A model generated the notes under the pieces. The model worked only from the letters and a program-made list of their open reading frames with translations. It ran no database searches and was not told the DNA's origin. Positions 20,328 through 30,452 of a DNA stretch of 64,000 nucleotides are shown here, piece by piece. The stretch is from a virus, in IMG/VR virus record IMGVR_UViG_3300030060_005313, positions 1 to 64,000 of that record. The stretch is one strand, 5' to 3'. The position numbers and the translations under genes were made by a program. Within the stretch, counting starts at the first letter, position 1. Each line of letters opens with the position of its first letter.

Positions 20328-21256
20328 AAACATTCTTCAGAATAACCAATAACAAAGTTTATGGTATTCAAAGAGAACACTTAGGATTTCCATCTGATAA
20401 TCCAGCTTACATACCCGATGATTACTTAAATAATAGAGAATTTGTAATTATGAGAACCTGTCATGGTATTGGTGATTGGTGTATAATATCAGCGATACCA
20501 AGACTACTTAAGCAAAAGTATTCTGATTGTAAGGTTTATATACCATCTAGTAAAATGTTAAAAACTCTTTTTGGAGATATGTTAAATAATTGGGGATATG
20601 GTACATTTGATGCTAGTACAATTTCAAAGGTTGTATTTGAAAACAATCCATATGTCGATGATTTTATAGATGAGTATCGTGGTGAGGTTTTTCACGACCA
20701 CTATAAGATATTTGATGTTACTAAAGATGAAGTGCCTCTAACTGAACAAATGATGAGATTCTGGCAATTAAAAGATGAGGAGATGGTTGATACCACACCG
20801 GATTTCTATCCCACAAAAAAAGAGGAAGAATTCAAAATAAAATTTAATTTGGAACATAAGTTAGATAATTATTCTTATATATCAGTTTCATCTACATTTG
20901 AAACCACATCTAACGCTAAGTTATTAATCGACAAAATAAAAGAAAAAGATACAGATAATATGAAATGGTTATACTACGGTGAAGTTCCCCTCAAAGAATC
21001 TAAGTTGAATTTTTTGAATGGGATTGAAATTAAACCTATGAATCTAACCATAAGAGAGCAACAGACTTTGAAGATAAATGCAAACTACAATTTCGGTAAC
21101 GAAACAGGTATGAATCTTTGGACTCCTAAGTACTCAAAAACCTATATCATAGGAAATAAATCATATGGTCCAGTTCATGGTGGTAAGAATGAAGGTAAAC
21201 TAAGAAAGAGACCATTTAAGAGTGGTAATTTCATTAACAAAGTGGAGTATTTATGA
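20324..21256 (+). CDS. Putative GT9-like glycosyltransferase
   Basis: RTCHGIGD...IPRLLKQKY and FENNPYVD motifs resemble a heptosyltransferase-like N-domain. Confidence 0.55.
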   Translation: MKTFFRITNNKVYGIQREHLGFPSDNPAYIPDDYLNNREFVIMRTCHGIGDWCIISAIPRLLKQKYSDCKVYIPSSKMLKTLFGDMLNNWGYGTFDASTISKVVFENNPYVDDFIDEYRGEVFHDHYKIFDVTKDEVPLTEQMMRFWQLKDEEMVDTTPDFYPTKKEEEFKIKFNLEHKLDNYSYISVSSTFETTSNAKLLIDKIKEKDTDNMKWLYYGEVPLKESKLNFLNGIEIKPMNLTIREQQTLKINANYNFGNETGMNLWTPKYSKTYIIGNKSYGPVHGGKNEGKLRKRPFKSGNFINKVEYL

Positions 21257-21561
21257 GATATTGTTTTGATATTGATGGGACTATATGTACAACAGATTGC
21301 GAGTATGATGATGCTGTACCATATACAGAAGTTATTGAATGGATAAATAAAAAGTATGACGAGGGACATCACATACAACTTTACACATCTCGTGGAACTT
21401 CTTCAGGTATAGATTGGTTTGATTTTACATTAAAACAGATTGAAGGTTGGGGTGTAAAATATAATGGTTTGAAATTAGGTAAACCTGCTTATGACTTATT
21501 TGTAGATGATAGAGCGATGAACAATAAAGATTGGTATAAAAAAGAAGGAATCAAAATTTGA
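21253..21561 (+). CDS. HAD-family phosphatase (capsule-cluster type)
   Basis: FDIDGTI, YTSRG, GKP..DLFVDDRA. Confidence 0.85.
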   Translation: MRYCFDIDGTICTTDCEYDDAVPYTEVIEWINKKYDEGHHIQLYTSRGTSSGIDWFDFTLKQIEGWGVKYNGLKLGKPAYDLFVDDRAMNNKDWYKKEGIKI

Positions 21562-22508
21562 ACATATTGATTTCTTGTGCAGGTGGCCCAGCAGCCGTTG
21601 GTATAATAAAATCTGTAGCTGAGTTTAATGATAGTACACACAAAGTTGTTGCAATAGATTGTGACGAACTTTCAGTTGGTTTTCATTTGGCAGACAAAAG
21701 TTATGTAGTTCCGTTTTCAGTTGAAGATAATTTTTGGAAGGAAGTTCTCAAAGTTATTAGATATGAGAAAATAGATTTGGTGATACCTACAGGTGATGCA
21801 GACATTGTTCACTTTTCAAAAAACAAAAATGTTTTAAAGAAAATGGGCGTTACTGTTTTTATGTCAGATTATAAGACTATTAAGATTTGTCAAGACAAAC
21901 TTCTCTTTTACAAATATCTTGTTAAGAATGGGTTAGAAAATCTTCTACCTAAAACAACAACAGATTGTAGGAAAATTGATTTACCAATACTTTGTAAGCC
22001 AAAAAGAGGTAGTGGTAGTAGAGGTATAGAATTGTGGGAAACAGAGTCTCAAATAAAGGAGTTGGATAAAATAGAAAATCTACATTACAGTAGTGATTAT
22101 ATATTTCAAGAGTATCTGCCAGGTAATGAATATACAATAGATGTTCTATGTGATTTGAAAGGTGAGATACTATCAATTGTACCAAGACAAAGACTACAGA
22201 TAAAAGCTGGTATATCCTCTAAAGGTAAAATAATCAGAGACAAAATAATAGAAGATAGTTGTAGAATACTCTGTAAAAAACTAGGAGTGAAAGGGCCTGT
22301 TTGTATTCAGATGAAAGAAGATATAAATGGTGTACCAAAGTTTGTGGAAATAAATCCACGTGTAGGTGGTGGTACTTATTTTGCTACTCTTGCAGGTGTT
22401 AACTTTATGAAAATAATTTTGGATATGATGAATAACGATGATATTTATATAGAGGAGCCTGAAGAAATAACGGTTTTAAGATATTACGAAGAGGTTGTAG
22501 TCAAGTGA
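21558..22508 (+). CDS. ATP-grasp enzyme (CarB-like, glycan modification)
   Basis: NILISCAG, CQDK, KPKRGSGSRG, QEYLPGNEYTID, EINPRVGG. Confidence 0.85.
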   Translation: MNILISCAGGPAAVGIIKSVAEFNDSTHKVVAIDCDELSVGFHLADKSYVVPFSVEDNFWKEVLKVIRYEKIDLVIPTGDADIVHFSKNKNVLKKMGVTVFMSDYKTIKICQDKLLFYKYLVKNGLENLLPKTTTDCRKIDLPILCKPKRGSGSRGIELWETESQIKELDKIENLHYSSDYIFQEYLPGNEYTIDVLCDLKGEILSIVPRQRLQIKAGISSKGKIIRDKIIEDSCRILCKKLGVKGPVCIQMKEDINGVPKFVEINPRVGGGTYFATLAGVNFMKIILDMMNNDDIYIEEPEEITVLRYYEEVVVK

Positions 22509-23131
22509 ATAAATTTTTGAATTTAGATAATGTCTTATGTTTATCGCCACATCCTGATGATGTAGAGTATGGTATGTTAGGTAGCATAATTAAACATAAG
22601 GATACTAATTTTCACATAATGGTATTCTCAATTGGTGGTGATTTTGATGTTTCGTCTAATAAGAGTAGACAAACTGAGTGTCAGGTTATTTGGGATAAAT
22701 TGCAGAATGTTACTGGTACTTTTCTATATGATACACATTTATCAGTATTAACAGAGGATGAGCTAGTAAACAAAATAGATAATTTTAATCAGAACACTCA
22801 AATTAAATGGGATGCAATATTCTGTCCACCTAAAGAAGACTCTCACTTTGAACATAAAATGATTAATTCAATAGTACCAGCTTGTGTAAGAAGATTAGAT
22901 TGTGGTATTATAGATTATAGAACACCAAGTACCTTAGAAAATTGGATACCTAATTTATATGTTGAAGTAGACATAGAAGAAAAGTCAGAGTTGTTAAAAT
23001 CATTTGAATCACAATCAAACAAATCATTTTTTAATAAAGGCCCTTTAGAAGTATTCCATACAAATTACAATTGTAAAAAAAGAGGGATAGATTTCGTAGA
23101 AACTTACAGAATAGAGAGACTATATGATTAA
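22505..23131 (+). CDS. PIG-L family deacetylase
   Basis: LSPHPDDVEYG, DSHFEH, SFESQ. Confidence 0.85.
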   Translation: MNKFLNLDNVLCLSPHPDDVEYGMLGSIIKHKDTNFHIMVFSIGGDFDVSSNKSRQTECQVIWDKLQNVTGTFLYDTHLSVLTEDELVNKIDNFNQNTQIKWDAIFCPPKEDSHFEHKMINSIVPACVRRLDCGIIDYRTPSTLENWIPNLYVEVDIEEKSELLKSFESQSNKSFFNKGPLEVFHTNYNCKKRGIDFVETYRIERLYD

Positions 23132-24083
23132 CAAAAGAATTATGATTATTGGTGGTACAGGAGCTTTGGGGAAACAACTAACCAAAAGGTGGGAAGTCGG
23201 TAATGAAATACTAATATTTTCTAGAAATGAACACAAGCAAGAGGAAATGAAAAGAACATATCCTAATGCATTATATCGTATCGGAGATGTAAAAGATAAA
23301 GAATCAATACTAAGAAGTATGTATGAGTTTGAACCTAGTGTTATTGTTAATACCGCCGCACTTAAAACAGTTTGGGTTGCACAAGATAATCCATACGAAT
23401 CAATACAGACTAATATCATAGGACATCAGTATCTAATTGATTGTGTTAGGGAATGTAGACATCAAATAGAGTCTCTAATGTTTATATCAACAGACAAAGC
23501 CTGTAGTCCTGTGAATGTGTATGGTATGAGTAAGAGTATAGCAGAACAAATGTATGTGAACTTTGCAAAACAACAATCAGATATTAAGGTTGCACTTTGT
23601 CGTTATGGTAATGTTTTGGATTCAACCGGTTCACTAATACCTGTTTTCAAAGATATGATTGAGAGAGGTGTTCAGAGTTTACCAATTACAAACTATGATA
23701 TGACGAGGTTTTTGATAACTCTGAATGAAGCAATTGATTTGATTGAATGGTCGTATCAATCACCAGATTCACACGGAAAGATAATTGTTCCTAAATTACC
23801 ATCTATGAAAATTGTGGATTTTGCTAGTGCTATTGCAACATCAATGAGTGAATCCGGAATGAAATTCCATAAGATACCAATTAGAGATGGTGAAAAGCTC
23901 CACGAGGAGATGATAAGTTCTATAGAGATGCAGAGAGTAGAGGATACAGAATCAGATAAGTATTTATCAATAGGTTACAGAAGAATCAATGAGGATTACA
24001 ATCACAAACCTTTGAATTCTCAGTATCACCTTATAGATAGTGATGAAGCATTTATGTTTTTAGTTAATAAAGGAGTATTATGA
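23124..24083 (+). CDS. UDP-GlcNAc 4,6-dehydratase (FnlA/CapE/PseB-like)
   Basis: GGTGALG, FSRNE, AALK, STDKA, YGMSK, RYGNV..S.GS, MTRF, GEKLHEEM. Confidence 0.85.
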   Translation: MINKRIMIIGGTGALGKQLTKRWEVGNEILIFSRNEHKQEEMKRTYPNALYRIGDVKDKESILRSMYEFEPSVIVNTAALKTVWVAQDNPYESIQTNIIGHQYLIDCVRECRHQIESLMFISTDKACSPVNVYGMSKSIAEQMYVNFAKQQSDIKVALCRYGNVLDSTGSLIPVFKDMIERGVQSLPITNYDMTRFLITLNEAIDLIEWSYQSPDSHGKIIVPKLPSMKIVDFASAIATSMSESGMKFHKIPIRDGEKLHEEMISSIEMQRVEDTESDKYLSIGYRRINEDYNHKPLNSQYHLIDSDEAFMFLVNKGVL

Positions 24084-25174
24084 AAGTAGGTATTACAGGC
24101 TCTAATGGTTTCATAGGATATCACTTATGGGTTCATCTAAAATATTTAACTAAACCAATCGATGATTTAGAAGTAATCAAATTAAGTAGAGATTTAAAAG
24201 AAGTCGGCAAGTGTGATGTAGTGGTTCATTTAGCAGAAAAGAATAGGGGGGATGAGGATGAGATATACCATAATAACATATCATCTGCAAGTACATTAGC
24301 ATCCACAATGAATGGTAATCAACGAATATTATATGCCTCTTCAATACATGAAGATGATGATTCAGTATTTGGAAGATATAGAAAACAAAATAAAAAGATG
24401 TTTAAGAGTTGGGCAAAATCTACTGGTGGTTCATTTTCGTCATTGAGAATACCTAATGTTTTTGGCCCATTCTGTAAACCAAATTACAACTCTTTCATTG
24501 CAACCTTTTGCCACAAACTAATAAATGATGAGGAGATACAGGCTAACTCTAATGAGGTTGATTTAGTGTACGTTCAAAATCTGTGTAGACAAATTATGGA
24601 AATAATATTGGAGAGAGGTTGTGCAGGATATGAGGAAAGTTACACTATACAATCAGATGTTAGATATAGTGTTCAGTATGTTTACACTAAACTAGCTATG
24701 TTCAAAAAGAGATATGTCGATAATAATATAATACCAGATGTACACAAACCATATAATACATTCGAATTAGATTTATTCAACACATTTAGGTCACACCTAA
24801 CCAACAGACTAATCACTATGAATAGTAATTCAGATGATAGAGGATACTTATCTGAAACTATTAAAACTGATACGGGTGGGCAATCATTCTTTTCAACCAC
24901 CAAACCAGGTTACATCAGAGGACAACATTTTCATATGAGAAAATTAGAAAGATTTTGTGTCTTAAAGGGTAACGCTGATATTAATCTAAGGAAGATTGGA
25001 ACAGATGAAGTAATCACTTACAAAGTTTCAGGTAGTAAAACACAATATATAGATATGCCGTTATTTTACACCCACAATATCACACCATCAGATAACAAAG
25101 AAATAATAACATTATTTTGGACTAATGAATTGTTAGACAAAAATGATACAGATACCTATTGGGAGGATGTTTAA
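24080..25174 (+). CDS. FnlB/CapF/WbjC-like SDR reductase with C-terminal cupin
   Basis: TGSNGFIG, PNVFGPFCKPNYNSFIATFC, SDDRG, TKPGYIRGQHFH..KLERF, YTHNI, DTYWEDV. Confidence 0.88.
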   Translation: MKVGITGSNGFIGYHLWVHLKYLTKPIDDLEVIKLSRDLKEVGKCDVVVHLAEKNRGDEDEIYHNNISSASTLASTMNGNQRILYASSIHEDDDSVFGRYRKQNKKMFKSWAKSTGGSFSSLRIPNVFGPFCKPNYNSFIATFCHKLINDEEIQANSNEVDLVYVQNLCRQIMEIILERGCAGYEESYTIQSDVRYSVQYVYTKLAMFKKRYVDNNIIPDVHKPYNTFELDLFNTFRSHLTNRLITMNSNSDDRGYLSETIKTDTGGQSFFSTTKPGYIRGQHFHMRKLERFCVLKGNADINLRKIGTDEVITYKVSGSKTQYIDMPLFYTHNITPSDNKEIITLFWTNELLDKNDTDTYWEDV

Positions 25175-25848
25175 TGGGATATTCAATGAGAGAACTCACA
25201 AAAATAGTTCCTTTACTATCAGAACATTCGGATAAAACCGTAATGTGTGAGCTTGGTAACAGTTATATAAAAGGAAAGGAAGTTGTAAATTGGTTATATT
25301 CTCAAGACTTCGAACTTGCACGTGATATACCTATAGGTGGTGAACAACATAATAAAGGTATAGTTTCTAAACATCTTTGGGAAGGAATCGGTTATGAATA
25401 TCTGTCAATAGATATGAATAAATTAGATGGTGCACATTATTTTGATTTAAGAAAGAAACTACCTACCTATCTGAAGAATGATTTTGATATAGTTTTAGAT
25501 ATAGGCACTATAGAACATGTAGACAATCAGTATATGGCTTTTTTTAATGTTGATTATATGACTAAAGTTGGTGGTATAAACATACACTTTTTACCAAAGG
25601 TTGGTACCTGGCCTCAACATTGTAGGTATTATTTTGATACTGATAATTTTGAAAAATTGGCAGACATTTGTGGTTACGATATTTTGAACATATCGGAGGA
25701 ATATCATGATGCAGGTACGTGGATTTTTGCTGCTTTGGTTAAAGGAGATAAAGAATTTCCAACCGAAGAAGAATTTAAAACTGTTGGTATACATTATACA
25801 GATCAGATGTCATTTGATAGAAAAATATATCCGTACGCATATGAATAG
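25174..25848 (+). CDS. Class I SAM-dependent methyltransferase
   Basis: CELGN, SIDMN, FDIVLDIGTIEHV, KVGG. Confidence 0.75.
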   Translation: MGYSMRELTKIVPLLSEHSDKTVMCELGNSYIKGKEVVNWLYSQDFELARDIPIGGEQHNKGIVSKHLWEGIGYEYLSIDMNKLDGAHYFDLRKKLPTYLKNDFDIVLDIGTIEHVDNQYMAFFNVDYMTKVGGINIHFLPKVGTWPQHCRYYFDTDNFEKLADICGYDILNISEEYHDAGTWIFAALVKGDKEFPTEEEFKTVGIHYTDQMSFDRKIYPYAYE

Positions 25849-27592
25849 AATAGATTTAAAAAATATAGAAAATGAGTTACTAAAGTGTGAAATTGTTTTA
25901 GATAAATGGGGTAGAATTGCATATGGTGTTAATCAATCTCGAAAGGTACTCTATGATAGAAAGAGAAATCTGTACTACAAAATATTTGATAAAGAATATT
26001 GTCGTAGAGAAAATTTTATAAGAGCTGTTAAAGCTGGTTACTTCGAAGAGGTGGCTCCTGCTCTTCTGTCACTAATAGTAGATGGTGATGATATAGTCGG
26101 TTATATTTGTGAAGGTGGAGAGACATTAACTACACCTAATTCTATTCACATATTACAAGAAAAACTATTAAAGTTGGTAGATAATACTAAACTATTCTAT
26201 TATGATTTAGTGCCACAAAACATAGTCGTAATGAGAAATACTGGAAAACTAAGTCTTATAGATTTAGAGAGTGTATATCATATAGATGAGCTATACAGAA
26301 TAGATAAACACAAAGCTGTGGTAAAACCAGTCGAATATTTTAAAGAATTAGAAAATAAATGGAGAGAAAACATGGATAAGGTTATCAGTTTTATACAACC
26401 TAGTAGAAATAACTTAAAGTATCTAAAGTGGAGTTATGACTCTATCAGAAAGAATTTAGGATACCGACATGAGATATGTTGGGCAGATGATTTCTCTGAT
26501 GATGGAACTTGGGAGTGGATGCAAGAGATTGCAGAAAAGGATAAGAACGTAAAGATACATAGAAACGATGGGCCAACCAGACTAGGACACACAATACTAT
26601 ATGATACGTTAATAAATAATTATGCAACTAATGATATCGTTATGATATATCATGCCGATATGTATGCCTGTCCAAAATTAGATGAAGAGGTTCTCAAACA
26701 TTTGGAACCAGGTAAGGTGGTAAGTGCAACTCGTATAGAACCACCACTACATCCTGATGGGCCAGAAAAGATACTCAAAGACTTTGGTATAGAACCTGAA
26801 GAATTTGATGAGTTTGGTTTGATGAGATTTTTAGACGAGGGAGTGGATTATAGTAAAAAACCCACCAATGGTATATTTGCACCTTGGGCTATATATAAAG
26901 AGGACTTCCAATCAATAGGTGGTCACGACCCATTATATGCACCACAATCAAAAGAAGATTCCGATATATTTAATCGATTCAAATTGAACGGGTATGAGTT
27001 AATTCAGACTTGGAAAGGGTTTGTATATCATATGACTTGTAGAGGTAGTAGATTCAAAGATGGTGCTATGAGAAATCCAGCTGGACAGGTCTTTATGAAA
27101 GGCAGGGAATCATCAGAGTGGTTAGCTCAAAATCTAAGAAGTACTCGTAACTTTATTCGTAAATGGGGCCATATGGTACAACATGACCACCTATTACATC
27201 CTGTTATACCACCAAAATATGATATAGCATTTGTTGCGTATCGTTGTAGTAAAAAGATACTCTATGAATTAGAACCTTGGTGTAATGTTGTATATTTAGA
27301 TTTGAGTGATTCGGATGGTATGGCTGAGTACAAACGAGAAGAACAGCCAAACACATCATTCGAATTAGACGAAAGAATAAAATTGTATGGTAATAGTAAG
27401 ATATCAGAGCTACATGATATTTGTGTCGAATTTGATGCAGATAAACTTACACCAGAAAATTTTCAAACTATTGTAAACCTATCAGCTATAATTCAGAATA
27501 GTGGACAGGTAGGAGTCATGCAGTATGATATATTCAAATTTTTTATAAATTCTTTAGATACATACGAAAAAGATTTAATTTTAGTCAAATAA
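25841..27592 (+). CDS. Kinase-like domain fused to GT2 glycosyltransferase
   Basis: N-part YYKIF, YYDLVPQNI, LIDLES (kinase-fold motifs); from 26372 ISFIQPSRN, ADDFSDDGT, HADM, EDSD, YHMTCRGSR. Confidence 0.8.
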   Translation: MNRIDLKNIENELLKCEIVLDKWGRIAYGVNQSRKVLYDRKRNLYYKIFDKEYCRRENFIRAVKAGYFEEVAPALLSLIVDGDDIVGYICEGGETLTTPNSIHILQEKLLKLVDNTKLFYYDLVPQNIVVMRNTGKLSLIDLESVYHIDELYRIDKHKAVVKPVEYFKELENKWRENMDKVISFIQPSRNNLKYLKWSYDSIRKNLGYRHEICWADDFSDDGTWEWMQEIAEKDKNVKIHRNDGPTRLGHTILYDTLINNYATNDIVMIYHADMYACPKLDEEVLKHLEPGKVVSATRIEPPLHPDGPEKILKDFGIEPEEFDEFGLMRFLDEGVDYSKKPTNGIFAPWAIYKEDFQSIGGHDPLYAPQSKEDSDIFNRFKLNGYELIQTWKGFVYHMTCRGSRFKDGAMRNPAGQVFMKGRESSEWLAQNLRSTRNFIRKWGHMVQHDHLLHPVIPPKYDIAFVAYRCSKKILYELEPWCNVVYLDLSDSDGMAEYKREEQPNTSFELDERIKLYGNSKISELHDICVEFDADKLTPENFQTIVNLSAIIQNSGQVGVMQYDIFKFFINSLDTYEKDLILVK

Positions 27593-27608
27593 ATATATAT
27601 ATATTATT

Positions 27609-27842
27609 ATGATGTATTACATATTATTCAACGAAAAGTCTGAAGACTTATGGGATGAAAACACATTAGGTGAGGAGTCTTTCGGTACTTTTTACACAGG
27701 ATTAGGTTATATTGCGTTAAATAAAATCGTACAAACAGAACCAGAGTTATTAGCCAGAATTAAGATTAAGGACGAGAAGGGAAGGGATTATTCGGTAACA
27801 GAATTCCTAGATAGTTTACAAAAATGGAAAATAATCACTTGA
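27609..27842 (+). CDS. Hypothetical protein
   Basis: 77 aa ORF after an AT-rich spacer. Confidence 0.55.
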   Translation: MMYYILFNEKSEDLWDENTLGEESFGTFYTGLGYIALNKIVQTEPELLARIKIKDEKGRDYSVTEFLDSLQKWKIIT

Positions 27843-27867
27843 CTTTATCAAATATTATGTGTAGCTT
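27839..27867 (+). promoter_or_regulatory. Early sigma70-type promoter
   Basis: TTGACT-N17-TAGCTT followed directly by AAGGAG. Confidence 0.8.
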
Positions 27868-27880
27868 AAGGAGTTATTAA

Positions 27881-28054
27881 ATGGCTAAATATGACTATTA
27901 TGAAGACCTAGAAGAACAGGCGTATCAAGACAGTATAACACCCAAGAAAAAACCAAAAAAACAAAAAAAGAATTGGAGTGAAGATGTATCCAAAAAAAAG
28001 TTTGATTATCGTAAAAAAGATAATAAGTACAGTAATAATCCTAAACGTATTTAA
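27881..28054 (+). CDS. Small acidic/basic bipartite protein (57 aa, not in ORF track)
   Basis: Promoter plus AAGGAG SD; MAKYDYYEDLEEQAYQDSITPKKKPKKQKK... Confidence 0.65.
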   Translation: MAKYDYYEDLEEQAYQDSITPKKKPKKQKKNWSEDVSKKKFDYRKKDNKYSNNPKRI

Positions 28055-28625
28055 TGCTTGTGAATCAAAGTTAGAACCATATTCTCACGACGAATATACT
28101 TATAATGGAGAAGAGGTTGCTTATGAGATAACTCATAATGATACGATCGAAGACGATGTTGTGGAAGACACTCTTTCAAGATTGCAGTTTGAAGTGTTAA
28201 CAGATTTGGAAATGGACTCTAATGGTTACTACAGATTACAAATAGATACGACAAACTGGCAAACTCTATACAGATTTAGTGGTAGAGTAACTAGAGATAG
28301 TCTACCATGTAGGGTTATAGAGTTTGGATGGTACTCAGCTCATCATTGGATAATAGGTGATACTTTAGGATATGTTATCGCTAACAATGGTTTATCTGAT
28401 GACATGGTTTACGTTGGATATGATACAACATACTTGACTTGGTTTAACGGATTCGAAGTACCAATAGTAAATGGTAGTTCCTATTCAAATGATGATGGAG
28501 AAGTAAATACTATGATTGCACCAGTTCAAACTATGATTGGAGATACTATAAACATATCTTACGGATTTTGGGATAATTGGAGATTGGAAGAAACACGAGG
28601 TTTTTTTGAAATTATTTTAGATTAA
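27978..28625 (+). CDS. Putative lipoprotein
   Basis: Basic N-terminus, hydrophobic stretch, FNAC lipobox-like; similar to 40257..40742. Confidence 0.6.
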   Translation: MKMYPKKSLIIVKKIISTVIILNVFNACESKLEPYSHDEYTYNGEEVAYEITHNDTIEDDVVEDTLSRLQFEVLTDLEMDSNGYYRLQIDTTNWQTLYRFSGRVTRDSLPCRVIEFGWYSAHHWIIGDTLGYVIANNGLSDDMVYVGYDTTYLTWFNGFEVPIVNGSSYSNDDGEVNTMIAPVQTMIGDTINISYGFWDNWRLEETRGFFEIILD

Positions 28626-28635
28626 GGAGTTTACT

Positions 28636-28833
28636 ATGGAAAAACTTATTAAAGAGGTTTTGGATAAATATAATAGTGGTAGGAAGAAACTACCTAATCA
28701 AGATTTGGCTAGACTAATAGTTGCACATATCAGAGTTGGTATAGATGGTAAAAAAGGCTGGTTCTTAGATTTAAGTGATCACCAAGGACAATATGATAGG
28801 GAACGTGAACTAATAGCTGAGTATGAAAGATGA
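28636..28833 (+). CDS. Hypothetical protein
   Basis: AAGGAG SD, 65 aa. Confidence 0.6.
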   Translation: MEKLIKEVLDKYNSGRKKLPNQDLARLIVAHIRVGIDGKKGWFLDLSDHQGQYDRERELIAEYER

Positions 28834-29135
28834 AATGGGTATTAGTTAATAGATTTGATGAGATAGTCGATACCTGTGAAATAGCTAGTGGAGTAGGTGT
28901 ATCAGGTGCAAAAACTTACTTCAGAAAAAGAAAACAAATGGATGTCGAATCCTTTGATAAGCTATGGAAAGTGATGAGTAAAACAGAGTACGATAGAGTA
29001 TTTAAGAACAACCTATATGATAGACAGATGGGTAAGATGAAATACGAATGGTGGAAGGATGAAGAGACTTATTTAGACATAGAAGCACCAATTACCAAAA
29101 GTGGAGAAAGTAATGGCGGGAAAACAAAAGGGTAG
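28830..29135 (+). CDS. Hypothetical protein
   Basis: ATGA overlap, 101 aa. Confidence 0.6.
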   Translation: MKWVLVNRFDEIVDTCEIASGVGVSGAKTYFRKRKQMDVESFDKLWKVMSKTEYDRVFKNNLYDRQMGKMKYEWWKDEETYLDIEAPITKSGESNGGKTKG

Positions 29136-29304
29136 GAGAAGATACCTATCCCCATCACAAGAAAAAGAATTAGAAATATTAGCTACAGAGATAGAGGCTG
29201 AAGCTATTCAAATGAAAATAGACTATGAGGAAAACCCTTCAGAAGATAGTGGTAGTGTCGTAGTAATACATCAAGAATCAGAACTTTTAGATGAGGAAGA
29301 ATAA
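29113..29304 (+). CDS. Small acidic hypothetical protein
   Basis: GGAG SD before ATG 29113. Confidence 0.55.
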   Translation: MAGKQKGRRRYLSPSQEKELEILATEIEAEAIQMKIDYEENPSEDSGSVVVIHQESELLDEEE

Positions 29305-29526
29305 ATGATAATTACAACATTAGGATGGTTATGGATAGGTATATTAGTTGGTTCTACAGCTGGTTTAGTTTGGTCTACTATATACTATACGAGAAAGATA
29401 GGTACTTTAGAGGATGAAATAAAAACTCTTAGAGGGACTAGAAATGTACTGAAGGATGAGCTAATTAAATTAAACAATTCACCTAAACCCAAACCAAGAA
29501 GTAGACGTAAGGGATATAAAAAATAA
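29305..29526 (+). CDS. Small membrane protein (TM + coiled coil + basic tail)
   Basis: N-terminal hydrophobic helix. Confidence 0.6.
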   Translation: MIITTLGWLWIGILVGSTAGLVWSTIYYTRKIGTLEDEIKTLRGTRNVLKDELIKLNNSPKPKPRSRRKGYKK

Positions 29527-29566
29527 TATATAATATATTTATATGTAAATATAATGGAGATTCCAA

Positions 29567-29848
29567 GTGAATGCAAATGATAGAAAAGAGTTTGAGATAG
29601 TACACCTAAAGATAGACGAACTCAAAAAAGACATTACTGAACTAAAGAATGAGATGAGTAAGGCACATTCAAAGACAGATGAATCTCTAAGTTTTATAAA
29701 AGAAAACCTATTCAATCCAAATCAGGGATTATGGGCTGAAACCAAATTAAATAGTCAATTCAGAGAGAACTCACAGAAGTGGAGAGGGATAGTCGGTACG
29801 GGGTTTGTCGGATTGTTCCTCAAACAATTGTGGGATATGATGAATTGA
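29567..29848 (+). CDS. Coiled-coil protein with C-terminal TM segment
   Basis: TATTTATA at 29536-29543 and GGAG SD upstream; C-terminal hydrophobic helix. Confidence 0.6.
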   Translation: MNANDRKEFEIVHLKIDELKKDITELKNEMSKAHSKTDESLSFIKENLFNPNQGLWAETKLNSQFRENSQKWRGIVGTGFVGLFLKQLWDMMN

Positions 29849-30113
29849 AGACGTGTGAATACGTGTATCGCTTGACATTGTTGACACATGGTAAAATCTT
29901 CTAACGAAGATTTCACAGAATAGGGTTATATCAGCCTCCCCCATCCTCATTAACTTTTCCAAAAAAATCATACCCTTTTCTTAAAATTTTTAATCGATTA
30001 ATCGGAAGATACCTAAGAGATTTAGGTGATTGAAAAAAATATCTAATCTAATCAAATTCTAACACAATTTATCCTAATATTTTGAAATGAGCCCACTATT
30101 TATCTAAAAGGGA

Positions 30114-30452
30114 ATGAGCCCTTTGTTAATCCGAAACCCGTTAGTTGTGAGAAATAGAATGTTATTGAATATACTGCTTAGTTCGTTATTATTCATCACC
30201 AAAGAACCCGAGGTCATCAAACCCATTGAGATTAAACCGGATGATGTAAGTCCATCCCAAATCGGTTTAGCCATAGTAGAATTTGTAATAGATAGACGGG
30301 GTGAGGTAGGTGAGGTTAACGTTATAGATACATTTGATTTGAAGATAATCCCCCTATTGGAAGAAGCCGTAAGAAGAATGGAATTTAAACCAGGTATGCA
30401 GAATGGTGTACCGGTAGAGGTGAGGTATAGGTTACCAATAGAATTCAAATGA
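30114..30452 (+). CDS. TonB C-terminal domain protein
   Basis: GLAIVEFVIDRRGEV, EEAVRRMEFKPGMQNGVPVEVRYRLPIEF is the TonB_C signature; N-terminal hydrophobic anchor. Confidence 0.85.
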   Translation: MSPLLIRNPLVVRNRMLLNILLSSLLFITKEPEVIKPIEIKPDDVSPSQIGLAIVEFVIDRRGEVGEVNVIDTFDLKIIPLLEEAVRRMEFKPGMQNGVPVEVRYRLPIEFK

